From an uncultured Candidatus Saccharibacteria bacterium (lineage in GTDB: Bacteria > Patescibacteriota > Minisyncoccia > Phycocordibacterales > UBA5272), in assembly GCA_964457775.1 (NCBI GenBank), contig CAYWEW010000007.1, forward strand, positions 6,961 through 70,960: DNA of 64,000 bases, in the 5' to 3' direction. Shown piece by piece: positions 54,467 through 64,000 of the stretch (position 1 is its first letter; each line of letters opens with the position of its first letter). The translations under genes were made by a program, and so were the position numbers. The notes beneath the pieces are model-generated. The model worked only from the letters and a program-made list of their open reading frames with translations, was not told where the DNA came from and searched no databases.

Positions 54467-56389
54467 TTACACTGAGATAATTACTGGAATAATCACCGGA
54501 CGTTTAGCAGTTTTTTGAAGAAGGAATTTAGTTGTTGCTTCAACCACATCCTGCTTCATTTGGTCTAAATTCGCATACCCACCACGAGCAAGTCCGTCAT
54601 CAATAACTTTCTTTGTAAGTAGTCTTGTTTGATATAACAAGTCTTGCGATTCTTTAAGATAAACGAAACCACGAGAAATAAGATCAGGGGACTTCTTGAG
54701 AGTGTGAGTATGGCTATCGATAACTCCAATAACAACAAACATTCCATCTTCTGCAAGAGTTTGACGGTCACGCATAACTACATCTTGTATTTTTCCAACA
54801 GATGTACCATCTACTACAATCATTTCTCCCGGTGCCAATTCTTTTAGTTTAAGAATTTTATTACCCCCATCTTGAATTTCAATAATCATTCCGTTATCTG
54901 GGATAACAATATTTTCTTCAGGCATACCTAGTTTACGCTCTAGATCAGCATGTACGCGGAGCATGTAATGATATCCGTGAACTGGAATGAAAAACTTTGG
55001 ATGAACTTTACGATGTATCCAAACCAATTCATCTGCATTGGCGTGACCTGAAGAGTGAACATCAGATGTTTTGTAATGAATAATATGAGCACCCATACGA
55101 GATAGTTTATCTTTCAAGTTTTGAACAGCACGCTCATTTCCTGGAACTACTGACGATGACATGAGAATGGTATCACGTGAAGTAAGACGAATAAACTTAT
55201 GAGTCTTAGCTGCAATTCTACCAAGTGCCGCGAACTCTTCTCCTTGTTGACCAGTTGCCAAAATAATAATTTTATTTTCAGGATAGTTAGACATTTCTTC
55301 CAAAGAAATAAGTGTCTCAGGTTTAACCTTGAGCATATTTGCAAGTTTAGAAATTTCAACATTAGTCTTCATGCTACGACCTTCAACAACAACTTTCTTG
55401 CCATACTTTTCTGCAGTTTCAAGCATGAATAACATGCGTTCAACTTGGGAAGCAAAAGTACTAATAATAAGACGACCAGAAGCTTCTTTTATAATATTTT
55501 CTATGTTCTTATAAACAACATTATCTGAAATAGAAAATCCAGGGTTCTCACAGTTAGTAGAGTCAGCCATAAGCAAAAGCGTATTACGATTTTCGAAAAC
55601 CTTATATCTGTCTATTTCATCATCAGTTGGAATATTGTCATTATGTTCAAGACGAAGATCTCCTGTGTGAACGATATCACCGTAAGGTGTCTCAATAATA
55701 ATACCCATTGAGTCAGGAATAGCATGAGTAACACCAAAGAATCTAACTTTTAAATCACCAAATGTAATTGCGTCACCTTTTTCAACAACATTTATTGTAA
55801 GAGGGGAAAGATGAGGGAATTCTTCTTGACGCTTTCTAATCATAAGTGATGTAAAAAGACGAGCATATAATTGCGGATTACCAATACGAGGCATGATGTA
55901 AGGAATAGCTCCAATGTGGTCTAAGTGACCATGAGTAACTAATACACCCTTAATCTTATGCTTATTTTCTTCAAGGTAACGTGTGTTAGGAAGAATGAAA
56001 TCAATACCAGGGGTATGTTTCTCAGTGAACTGAACACCGCAGTCAACAATCAAAATTGTATCTTTATATTCAACCATACTCATATTACGGCCAATTTCTT
56101 CAACGCCACCAAAATGGATAATACGAATATTACCATCAGCTAATTTAGGAATATGACCCAATTCACTTTTTGCAGATACTGTTGTATCAAATTTAGGACC
56201 AACCATAGAGCGAGGTGGTCTATTATTCCTCATACGGTTACCACCACCAGTACGTGGACGTGCGTCGTGCGCTCTTCTAAATGGAGCTTGTTGAGGTGTC
56301 ACTGTTTGAGTTACCGGAGGTTGATTATTATTTCCTTCCCCTGTAGCTTCTGTAATGTTATTTGATTGTGGTGTTGTGTCTGTGTTCAT
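54467..56389 (-). CDS. rnj: Ribonuclease J (metallo-beta-lactamase / beta-CASP) with a roughly 80-aa Arg/Gly/Asn-rich N-terminal tail
   Basis: HxHxDH motif VTHGHLDHIG. Beta-CASP and C-terminal domains colinear with RNase J. Confidence 0.9.
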   Translation of the reverse strand: MNTDTTPQSNNITEATGEGNNNQPPVTQTVTPQQAPFRRAHDARPRTGGGNRMRNNRPPRSMVGPKFDTTVSAKSELGHIPKLADGNIRIIHFGGVEEIGRNMSMVEYKDTILIVDCGVQFTEKHTPGIDFILPNTRYLEENKHKIKGVLVTHGHLDHIGAIPYIMPRIGNPQLYARLFTSLMIRKRQEEFPHLSPLTINVVEKGDAITFGDLKVRFFGVTHAIPDSMGIIIETPYGDIVHTGDLRLEHNDNIPTDDEIDRYKVFENRNTLLLMADSTNCENPGFSISDNVVYKNIENIIKEASGRLIISTFASQVERMLFMLETAEKYGKKVVVEGRSMKTNVEISKLANMLKVKPETLISLEEMSNYPENKIIILATGQQGEEFAALGRIAAKTHKFIRLTSRDTILMSSSVVPGNERAVQNLKDKLSRMGAHIIHYKTSDVHSSGHANADELVWIHRKVHPKFFIPVHGYHYMLRVHADLERKLGMPEENIVIPDNGMIIEIQDGGNKILKLKELAPGEMIVVDGTSVGKIQDVVMRDRQTLAEDGMFVVIGVIDSHTHTLKKSPDLISRGFVYLKESQDLLYQTRLLTKKVIDDGLARGGYANLDQMKQDVVEATTKFLLQKTAKRPVIIPVIISV

Positions 56390-56423
56390 ATGAGTAAAGT
56401 TATTTTATAAAGAAACATTTTAA

Positions 56424-58154
56424 TTAGTGAATAATATTTTCCATTAAAGTTATTAGTGGCTTGTAATATGTTTTTGGCCAAACATAGTCAGTGTGTCTAT
56501 ACCAACTTTCAATTAATGAAAATCTTGATGAATTATCAAAACTATAATCTGGAAGTGGTGACACCACTTTGTCATTGTTAATATATATAAGATAGGGAGC
56601 ATAAAGAAAAATTCCTGGAATTTCTTCAGCAAACTCTTTCTTAACATCATCATAAGCACTTATGCGTTCAAGTTCATTACTACTTGTTCTTAATGTTTCA
56701 AGATTTGTATCAAGTTTTTTACTTACATAATTGGATATATTAAGACCAGGATAATTTCTTTGACTTGAATGCCAAAAAGCATAAAGATCTGAAGGGTTTT
56801 GTGTTATTGTTCCAAAGAGCAATGCTTCGAAGTCTCTTTCCTTAATAACTGTTTGATTCAAATCAGCTACTTCATATATAGCTAAAGTAGTATGCACACC
56901 AATTTTTTCCCAATCAGATTTTATCATTTCAGCAACCTTCTTCATTTCATCTGTGTTAGAGGTGGTAAGAGTAATTTCCATTGTACTTGAAGATTTTTTA
57001 AGTGACTTATTATTCAAAAGTATTTCACGAGCTTTTTCAACATCATACACAGCATTAGTCACTTCTTCGTCAAATGGATACGGATCGTTTATAACTTTCC
57101 CGTACTTTAAAAGAACTTGGTCAACTATAGCTTGTTTGTTTATTGCCATTTGAAGCGCGGAACGTATATTTTTATCTGAAAGAATTGTTGCTTTATTCGG
57201 ATTGAAAAATACCGCAAAAGTTCTTGGTAATAGTGATGTATGTATAGAATCAAGAGGAAGTTCAAGAGTTTTTATTTTCTCAGGATTTACTCCGTAAAAT
57301 CTTGTAAAATCTCCACTATCAAAAGCACGAAGAAGATATTTTTCATTCTGATAAGTTGAAATTATTATATTATCAATGTATGGACGACCAAGAGTATATT
57401 TATCATGAGATATAAGTGTGAAAGTTTCAGGTATGCCAGAGTTTGTTGTAATCTCTTTTATTTTATAAGGACCACTTCCAATTGCGTGCAAATTTAAATC
57501 ACTTAAACTTATTTGTTCATCAGACAAATTTTTCCAAATATGTTTTGGTAGAATTCCGAGTGTTAATATATCCATAAATAGAGGGAACGGCTTTTTCAAT
57601 GAAAAAGTAAATTGATTGTCACTATCTTTTTCAACTGTAATTCCTTCCCATTCAACACGATGTGGGCTTTTTATTATTGGATTTTGAATTAAGTTAACAG
57701 TAAAAATAATATCGTCTGATGTAACATGAACTCCGTCATGAAATTGTGCGTTTTTTTTGAGAACAACGGTGTAATGAAGTTTGTTGTCACTTTCAGTTAT
57801 GGTTTGTGCCATATCAAGCTCAGCTCTCCCTTCTGAATTTTTTCTTGTTAGTCCAGCATAAATAAGCGATGTTAAGTCTTCATCTTGATCACTTGTTGCT
57901 AGTACTGGGTTAATGAATCTAGGGGTTCCAATTATTCCCTCGGATACTGTTCCCCCATATGTTGGAACAGAAATGAGGAATTTTGAATTGTAAGTAATAA
58001 TAGCTGAAAAGAAAAAAATAACTGACAAAAACAAAAACAGCCACAAAACAATAACTCTCTCAGGGGAAAGAGACTTATAAATTAAATCTACCTTACTATA
58101 AAATGTAGACCATTGTTTTTTATAACGTGATATGTCCATAGGTGAGGTATACAC
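56424..58154 (-). CDS. ABC transporter substrate-binding protein, family 5 (oligopeptide/dipeptide-like), N-terminally anchored
   Basis: N-terminal TM helix followed by an SBP_bac_5-like domain (about 520 aa). Confidence 0.7.
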   Translation of the reverse strand: MYTSPMDISRYKKQWSTFYSKVDLIYKSLSPERVIVLWLFLFLSVIFFFSAIITYNSKFLISVPTYGGTVSEGIIGTPRFINPVLATSDQDEDLTSLIYAGLTRKNSEGRAELDMAQTITESDNKLHYTVVLKKNAQFHDGVHVTSDDIIFTVNLIQNPIIKSPHRVEWEGITVEKDSDNQFTFSLKKPFPLFMDILTLGILPKHIWKNLSDEQISLSDLNLHAIGSGPYKIKEITTNSGIPETFTLISHDKYTLGRPYIDNIIISTYQNEKYLLRAFDSGDFTRFYGVNPEKIKTLELPLDSIHTSLLPRTFAVFFNPNKATILSDKNIRSALQMAINKQAIVDQVLLKYGKVINDPYPFDEEVTNAVYDVEKAREILLNNKSLKKSSSTMEITLTTSNTDEMKKVAEMIKSDWEKIGVHTTLAIYEVADLNQTVIKERDFEALLFGTITQNPSDLYAFWHSSQRNYPGLNISNYVSKKLDTNLETLRTSSNELERISAYDDVKKEFAEEIPGIFLYAPYLIYINNDKVVSPLPDYSFDNSSRFSLIESWYRHTDYVWPKTYYKPLITLMENIIH

Positions 58155-58176
58155 AAAGGACTATGTATGTGCGACT

Positions 58177-58401
58177 TTAACGAGCAAAAAGTGTGTAAGC
58201 AAGAGAAAGTACAAACAACACCGCCACAATAATAGTTAAACGATGAAGTGATTTTTCTGCACCACGCTTTTCGAGTGTTGCACTAGATCCTCCGTCAGCA
58301 CCGAAAGCACCTGAGGCGTCAGTATTTGCTCGTTGGATTAGAACGAGAGCTGTTAGGAGAATAGCTAGTATTAATTGCACAATAGATAGCAAGTGAACCA
58401 T
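58177..58401 (-). CDS. secG: Preprotein translocase subunit SecG
   Basis: 74 aa, two TM helices with a Gly-rich loop ASGAFGADGGS. Confidence 0.8.
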   Translation of the reverse strand: MVHLLSIVQLILAILLTALVLIQRANTDASGAFGADGGSSATLEKRGAEKSLHRLTIIVAVLFVLSLAYTLFAR

Positions 58402-58496
58402 GTATTGATTATATCATATACCTATAAACTCTGCAAAATCATGCATGTGGAGAAGGATATTTATTAATTTGGCAATAATATTAAGTATAATTTAAA

Positions 58497-58820
58497 CTAC
58501 TTTTTATTTAGATAAGAAAACCATTTTTTATCAATAGATTCAATTGGGTTAATTCCTTCCTTTTCCGCAAACAGCAACAGATATGCAAAAACATCAGCAA
58601 ATTCATCAGAAAACATATCTTTAATCTCCTCCTTTGTTTTTCCTTTTTGTCTACCTCGATCAGTAAGCATAAGATATGTTTGTAAGCATTCGCCCCATTC
58701 TTCAGTAATCTTGAAAGGGATATAATCTCTATCCATTTTTACATCAGGAAAGTCTTCTTTATATTTTTTTATTACAAAATTTAACTTCTCAGTAATCTCT
58801 AGCAGGTTTACATTTTTCAT
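58497..58820 (-). CDS. MazG-like nucleoside-triphosphate pyrophosphohydrolase (single-domain)
   Basis: EEWGECLQ...DEFADVFAYLLLFAEKEGI matches the MazG EExxE...E..D metal-binding helices. Confidence 0.6.
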   Translation of the reverse strand: MKNVNLLEITEKLNFVIKKYKEDFPDVKMDRDYIPFKITEEWGECLQTYLMLTDRGRQKGKTKEEIKDMFSDEFADVFAYLLLFAEKEGINPIESIDKKWFSYLNKK

Positions 58821-58821
58821 A

Positions 58822-61800
58822 CTATGCTTGAAGTTTTTTTAATTCATCTACTATAATTGTCTTCTCGCCATTTCTGGTTGAAACTTTACCACGTGCAACA
58901 AGAGGGATATCAAGAACAACAAGGTCTTTTTGTCGTTTATATGTTTCTGGAAATACTGCAACTTCAATTGTTCCAGTATAATCACGTAGTCTTACTAATG
59001 CCATCTTATCTCCTTTTTTTGTGACTGTTATTTTTATGTTCTCAATAATTACAGCAATTGATACTTCTGTTCCATCTTTAACATTATGGTGAATTTTATC
59101 AATATTCATATTTCTTGCTTCAATTTTATCTTTCCATGGATCAAGTGGAAAACCCGAAACGAATAATCCAAGAAGATCTTTTTCCCAAATAAGTTTTTGT
59201 TCTTGAGAAACAGGTTCTGCTTTTTTCATAACAAAAGAAGGGGATTCTGATTCTCCAAACAAACTATGTTGTAATATATTATCTTTTACAACACTTTTAT
59301 GAAAATCAAGAATGCTTTCCATGTTAGCAAGAATTTCTCCACGTTCTTTAAATTCGTCCAGTGCTCCACACTTAGTCAAAGCCTCTAAAGATTTTTTGTT
59401 TAAATTTTTATGAGTAACTCTTCTGATAAAATCTTCGAATGATTTATATTTCCCTTTTTTATTTCTCTCTGCAATTATCGCATCTGAAATATCAACCCCA
59501 AGATTTTTAACAGTATATAAACCAAAACGAATTTCTTCTTTACCATCCTTGTCTTTTACTACACTGAAACCACCATCACTCATATTAATATCAGGAGGTA
59601 GTACAGTTATTTTCATTCTCTTACATTCAGCCACAATTTCAGAAATTTTATCCACATCTCCACTTTCGTTGGTCATAATCGCGGTCATGTATGCAACAGG
59701 GAAATTTGCTTTCATGTATGCAGTTTGGTATGCAACCCGTCCATAACTTGCAGCATGAGCCTTATTGAAACCATAAGCCGCAAATGGCTCAATCAGTGAC
59801 CACAGCATCTGACCTTTCTTTGGGGTTAGACCGTGCTCGATGAAGCCTTCTAGAAGCTTTTCTTTCTGTGCCTGCATTTCAGCAGGAATTTTTTTACCCA
59901 TAGCTTTACGAAGCTTATCTGCTTCAAGCCATGAATAACCTGCAAGATGAATAGCAATAAGCATCACGTCGTCCTGATAAACGATAACTCCAAATGATTG
60001 GTCAAGAATTGGTTCAAGACGTGGATCTAGAAAGGTAATGAGTTCAGGGTTGTGTTTACGGGAAATATATTCAGGAATCATTTCAAGAGGACCTGGTCGA
60101 TATAGTGCTACCATCGCGTTAATGTCAAAAATAGTACTCGGCTTTAATTCCTTTAGAAAACGAGTCATCCCAGAACCATTAAGTTGAAACAATCCTACAG
60201 TCTCACCTCTAGATAACATGCTAAAAGTTTTTTCATCATCAAGTGGTATTTCTTCTATATCAACTTCAACACCATATCTATCTTTTGCAATTTTAATAGC
60301 ATCTCCAAGTATTGTTAAGTTGCGAATACCAAGGAAGTCGAATTTAAGCAGACCCGCATCTTCAACAGTATACATATCGTACTGAGTGATAATTTTTCCA
60401 CCTTTAGGATCTTTTTGTATCGGACTGAATTCCCATAAAGGTAGAGGTGAGATAACAGTACCAGCAGCATGGACAGAGATGTGTCGTGCACACCCTTCAA
60501 TTTTTTGAGCCATATCAATTATTGTCTGAACTTCACGATCAGAATCGTACATTGTTTTTAGCTCAGGAACATCAAGAAGTGCACTCGCAATTGTTACAGG
60601 GAAGCCCTGTTTAGGTGGGGGAATCATTTTACTAATTCTGTCACCCACTATATATGGGTATTTCATAGCACGAGCAACATCACGCACAGCACCTCTTGCC
60701 ATCATAGTTCCAAAAGTTCCTATTTGTGCCACATTATCAATTCCATATTTAAAACGTACATAATCAAGCACTTCATCGCGTCTTGTATCCGCATAGTCCA
60801 TGTCTATATCAGGAGCAGAAGGACGCTCAGGGTTTAGAAATCTTTCAAAAGGGAGTTTATAAGCCAACGGGTCACATTTTGTAATACGAAGAAGATAAGT
60901 AACCAACGAACCCGCAACCGAACCTCTAATATTGGTAAGAATATCATTCTCACGAGCGTAGCGCAGAAGATCATACACAACAAGGAAATAAGGGGAGTAA
61001 CCTTTATCGGCAATAACTTTTAATTCGTATTCAAGTCTATTTCTTACGGTATCTGTTAATTCCATGTTTCTCACCTTTAAACCCTCATAAGCTAAATCTC
61101 TAATATCCTCATCATAACCTTTTTTGAATTCAATATTAGGGAAAACCCAAGAACCTAGAGGAATTTCAAAATCACAAGATTCAGCAATTTTAATCGTATT
61201 TGACAATGCTTCCGGAATATCTTTAAATTGATTATTTGCCTCAGCTTCATCAACAAATTCAAATGAATCTTTTTGGAAAAGATGATTATATTCGTCTAGA
61301 GAGTGTTCATCACCATGAATTAAATAAAGCGTTTTCTGGGCGCTTTTATCTGAAGAATTTAGATAATGGGTATTCCAAGTTGCCACAATCGGGGTATCTG
61401 TCTTATGAGCAAATTCTATGGTTTTGGAACGCATAGTTTCCCCGTATTCCATACTGTTTTGTGGGTTTATCTCAAGATAAAAATTTTCACCAAAGTGCTT
61501 TTTGTAAAAAGATATTCTTTCAATAGCTTCCCTTTCATTAATAATTAGTAAATTAGTTATATCCCCCCAAACTCCACCAGAAAGTACAGTCAAACCTTCA
61601 CTAAAATCCAGAAGAGTCTTGTCATTTAATGTAGGGTTTAATGGGTTTTCGGTATTAACAATAGAAGTTATACGCATTAAGTTCTTATAACCAATAAATG
61701 TACGAGCGATTAAGACTATTTGAAAAACTCTGTCACCGTATTTAAGAGAGAACTCAACACCAATAATTGGCTTAATATTAGTTTTTTTACAAGATTTGTA

Positions 61801-61947
61801 AAATTCGATTACCCCGTACATATTACTGTAGTCAGTTATAGCAATAGAATTCATTTTCATTGAACCAGCCTTTTTAACTAATGCATCTATTTTAGGCAAA
61901 GCCTTAAGAAGGGAATAGTGGGTATGATTCCTAAGGTGTATAAACAT
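58822..61947 (-). CDS. dnaE: DNA polymerase III alpha subunit (PHP domain plus polymerase core)
   Basis: N-terminal PHP FIHLRNHTHYSLL. Polymerase palm/fingers motifs. 1041 aa. Confidence 0.95.
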   Translation of the reverse strand: MFIHLRNHTHYSLLKALPKIDALVKKAGSMKMNSIAITDYSNMYGVIEFYKSCKKTNIKPIIGVEFSLKYGDRVFQIVLIARTFIGYKNLMRITSIVNTENPLNPTLNDKTLLDFSEGLTVLSGGVWGDITNLLIINEREAIERISFYKKHFGENFYLEINPQNSMEYGETMRSKTIEFAHKTDTPIVATWNTHYLNSSDKSAQKTLYLIHGDEHSLDEYNHLFQKDSFEFVDEAEANNQFKDIPEALSNTIKIAESCDFEIPLGSWVFPNIEFKKGYDEDIRDLAYEGLKVRNMELTDTVRNRLEYELKVIADKGYSPYFLVVYDLLRYARENDILTNIRGSVAGSLVTYLLRITKCDPLAYKLPFERFLNPERPSAPDIDMDYADTRRDEVLDYVRFKYGIDNVAQIGTFGTMMARGAVRDVARAMKYPYIVGDRISKMIPPPKQGFPVTIASALLDVPELKTMYDSDREVQTIIDMAQKIEGCARHISVHAAGTVISPLPLWEFSPIQKDPKGGKIITQYDMYTVEDAGLLKFDFLGIRNLTILGDAIKIAKDRYGVEVDIEEIPLDDEKTFSMLSRGETVGLFQLNGSGMTRFLKELKPSTIFDINAMVALYRPGPLEMIPEYISRKHNPELITFLDPRLEPILDQSFGVIVYQDDVMLIAIHLAGYSWLEADKLRKAMGKKIPAEMQAQKEKLLEGFIEHGLTPKKGQMLWSLIEPFAAYGFNKAHAASYGRVAYQTAYMKANFPVAYMTAIMTNESGDVDKISEIVAECKRMKITVLPPDINMSDGGFSVVKDKDGKEEIRFGLYTVKNLGVDISDAIIAERNKKGKYKSFEDFIRRVTHKNLNKKSLEALTKCGALDEFKERGEILANMESILDFHKSVVKDNILQHSLFGESESPSFVMKKAEPVSQEQKLIWEKDLLGLFVSGFPLDPWKDKIEARNMNIDKIHHNVKDGTEVSIAVIIENIKITVTKKGDKMALVRLRDYTGTIEVAVFPETYKRQKDLVVLDIPLVARGKVSTRNGEKTIIVDELKKLQA

Positions 61948-62747
61948 ATACTGATCAGTTTATCAGAAAAAAGAAAAAATATACCTAAAGATACCGAACA
62001 TGCTGTGAGTACAGTAGTAAATCATTAGACATAATAGATGTGTTAAATTAGCTATAATTACCAAGGAGATATTAATGCTTAGGTATAACAGAAAGTTTAT
62101 TATAACAATTTATAATTCACACATAATTAAAATCATGTTATTAAATAATTTATATGGTGATTAATTAAGTTAGTATTTTGAAATAGATTAATATCTAGCT
62201 TCTCCTCAACAATTTTGTATTTGGATTTAAAACTTTATACTTTACTAATCATATTGAAAAATAACAACTTACTGGATTAGGGAGGTGAAATTGTTGGACT
62301 AAAGTGTCCTACAATTGCCGTAATTCGCTTAAATTTGAAGGATGTTTGAGTATTGTAGTCGGTTCAGTATTATTGTCCTGCTCTAGTAAAGTAATTTCAT
62401 GTATGTGGATTTTGTTGAATTTAGCATGTTTTTTGTTGTTAGTGATAGTAGTATGGTTACATTGCAATTTAGTACTTTTAAACTATTAGATATATCAGAA
62501 TAATTGTTTTTTATTTTATATATAATTTTCAGCACAATGCGTGAAGTTTCTTTGTTGATTTTTTATTGAATTTTTTTGTTATTTTTTTGTGTTTATTTCA
62601 TTGCAAATTAGTTAAAATATTTGTCATAAAATTCTGATTTACGTTTTTAAAATAAGGTTTTTTCAATTTGTACTTTATCCACAACAATCTTTAATTTTTA
62701 TATATACTTTGGTCTATTTTTTATTATACTTATTTATATAAAACCTC

Positions 62748-64000
62748 ATGCAAGACTCTGGTAAATTTAAGGGCAAAAAAATTAGTTTTCTTTTTAATTT
62801 TTTCTTGTTTTTTTGTTTTGTTTTTTCAACTGGTTATACACAGGTTGTTAATGCTTTTTCTTTGAAGGATTTTTCGAATAGTGTCAATCTTGATCATTCC
62901 TCAGCTGATAGTGTTATTTTAGATTTTTTTTCAATTTCTAGAATTGGGTCTACTGTGTTTGAGCCGGTTGTAGATGAGGGGCGTGGGATATTTAATACTG
63001 AACCTATTACACCTAGATTTGGTTATTCAGAAAACAATTTGTTTGATTTAAGAACAAAAATAGTTAGATTGAATCTTGATTTTGACTTCGAGAGTTTTTC
63101 TGGTTTTTTTGATAAAAATGATTTTAATAACAATATACTTTTTTCTTTACCTAGTAAGAACAATCTTTTGTTTAGTGGAGCTGTGACTAGAGAGATAAAA
63201 GTTGTAGGAGCGCCACTTGATTCACAACTTTTTAGAAGTGGTGTTTCTGTTGTTACTGATAGATTAAGTACGAATGATTTTAACAATAACTCAATTACGG
63301 ATATTGTTTCCAAAGTACATTTAAGTATTCCTAGATTAGTTCAGATTGAATTATTGCCGATTAAGAATTATCAATCTTTGGTATTTGGCACTAAAGTGAA
63401 TGCTTTAGATTCTAAAGCAGTAACATCTCAGAAAGTAAAGAATGTTCCATTTTTAGACAAGTTATCTCTTAGTCTTTATTGTAAATTGTCTTCTTCTGTA
63501 ACCGATTTAAGACGTTGTAATTATAATATTGTTGCCTCTGATTTGTTTACTACACTTTTTTCATCTTCTACGGTCACAACAAATAATTCAGATTTGAATA
63601 ATATTGGAAGTGGTTCAAGTACAATAATCACTCAGACTCCTATATATTTTTCAACAACAACCACAGTCTATGTTACAAATTATATTCCAGTTCCAGGGCC
63701 AAGAGGTGTTGCGGGTAAAGATGGTTTAAATGGTAAAAATGGTAAGGATGGAATAGATGGTTTAAACACTGGTTCAAATCAATCATCATACATACCATTT
63801 TTTGTAAACTCAGGTAATACAACAAGTAATTTAGTAGTTACAACAATAAGTGGCGGTACTTTTAACGCTGGGACTGGAAACAATTTAACATTGTCTTCTT
63901 CGTCATTAACAGACACAATTTTTGGTGGGTATAATATTTTTAATGGTAGTGCAATTTTCAATTCTTCTTTAATTGCTAATAATATTACTGCAACCTCTGC
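62748..64000 (+). CDS. Large secreted/surface protein with a signal peptide and collagen-like Gly-X-Y repeats, 3'-truncated at the window edge (absent from the ORF track because no stop codon is reached)
   Basis: Frame 3 is open from the ATG at 62748 to the window end (more than 417 codons). The N-terminus KISFLFNFFLFFCFVFSTGYTQVVNA is signal-peptide-like. GPRGVAGKDGLNGKNGKDGIDGLNTG lies near 63690-63775. The protein is Ser/Thr/Asn-rich. Confidence 0.6.
   Translation, partial: MQDSGKFKGKKISFLFNFFLFFCFVFSTGYTQVVNAFSLKDFSNSVNLDHSSADSVILDFFSISRIGSTVFEPVVDEGRGIFNTEPITPRFGYSENNLFDLRTKIVRLNLDFDFESFSGFFDKNDFNNNILFSLPSKNNLLFSGAVTREIKVVGAPLDSQLFRSGVSVVTDRLSTNDFNNNSITDIVSKVHLSIPRLVQIELLPIKNYQSLVFGTKVNALDSKAVTSQKVKNVPFLDKLSLSLYCKLSSSVTDLRRCNYNIVASDLFTTLFSSSTVTTNNSDLNNIGSGSSTIITQTPIYFSTTTTVYVTNYIPVPGPRGVAGKDGLNGKNGKDGIDGLNTGSNQSSYIPFFVNSGNTTSNLVVTTISGGTFNAGTGNNLTLSSSSLTDTIFGGYNIFNGSAIFNSSLIANNITATS

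Noticed and set aside
62304-62489. 61-aa ORF in the AT-rich region
   Set aside because: Cys/Leu-rich, low-complexity translation in an AT-rich non-coding stretch. Likely spurious.

Overview
Low-GC (~32%), densely packed bacterial window. The gene content suggests a small-genome, Patescibacteria/CPR-like organism rather than a proteobacterium: RNase J, a sigma-region-4/HARE-HTH protein, a compact UvrC, an NadM-Nudix fusion and strong AAGGAG ribosome-binding sites. Housekeeping genes on both strands include the 3' end of a class-I cysteine desulfurase, an Fe/Mn-SOD-like protein, clpB, tRNA-Tyr(GTA), folD, pyrE/pyrF, rnhB, msrA, a HIT protein, leuS, mltG, uvrA/uvrC, nrdA/nrdB, an FKBP isomerase, rluB-like, an MFS transporter, rnj, a family-5 solute-binding protein, secG, a mazG-like gene and dnaE. 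A contiguous NAD salvage/biosynthesis cluster is present (nrtR-like regulator, pncA, nadE, pncB, nadM-Nudix, nadK). Four copies of a palindrome TAGTGT-N7-ACACTA overlap predicted promoters in this cluster and fit NrtR-type operators. Between nrtR and pncA lies a four-gene island whose GC rises to 45-58%. It encodes an atypical kinase-like protein, a TerY-like vWA protein, a divergent adenylosuccinate-synthetase (PurA)-family enzyme and an Ala/Gly-rich protein with an N-terminal SAP/HeH-like motif. It is preceded by two of the NrtR-type operators and is the best candidate for an undescribed system. Other notable items: clear FlhD/FlhC homologues in this non-proteobacterial context; a Nudix domain inserted into leuS; a 671-aa protein with a C-terminal nucleotidyltransferase domain transcribed divergently from pncA; a GC-rich, frame-less ~480-bp uvrA-uvrC spacer; a possible minus-strand small RNA; two nested palindromic elements and a heptanucleotide microsatellite in a 750-bp noncoding region; and a 3'-truncated collagen-like secreted protein that the ORF track missed because it runs off the window. 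No CRISPR arrays, transposases or integrases were seen.
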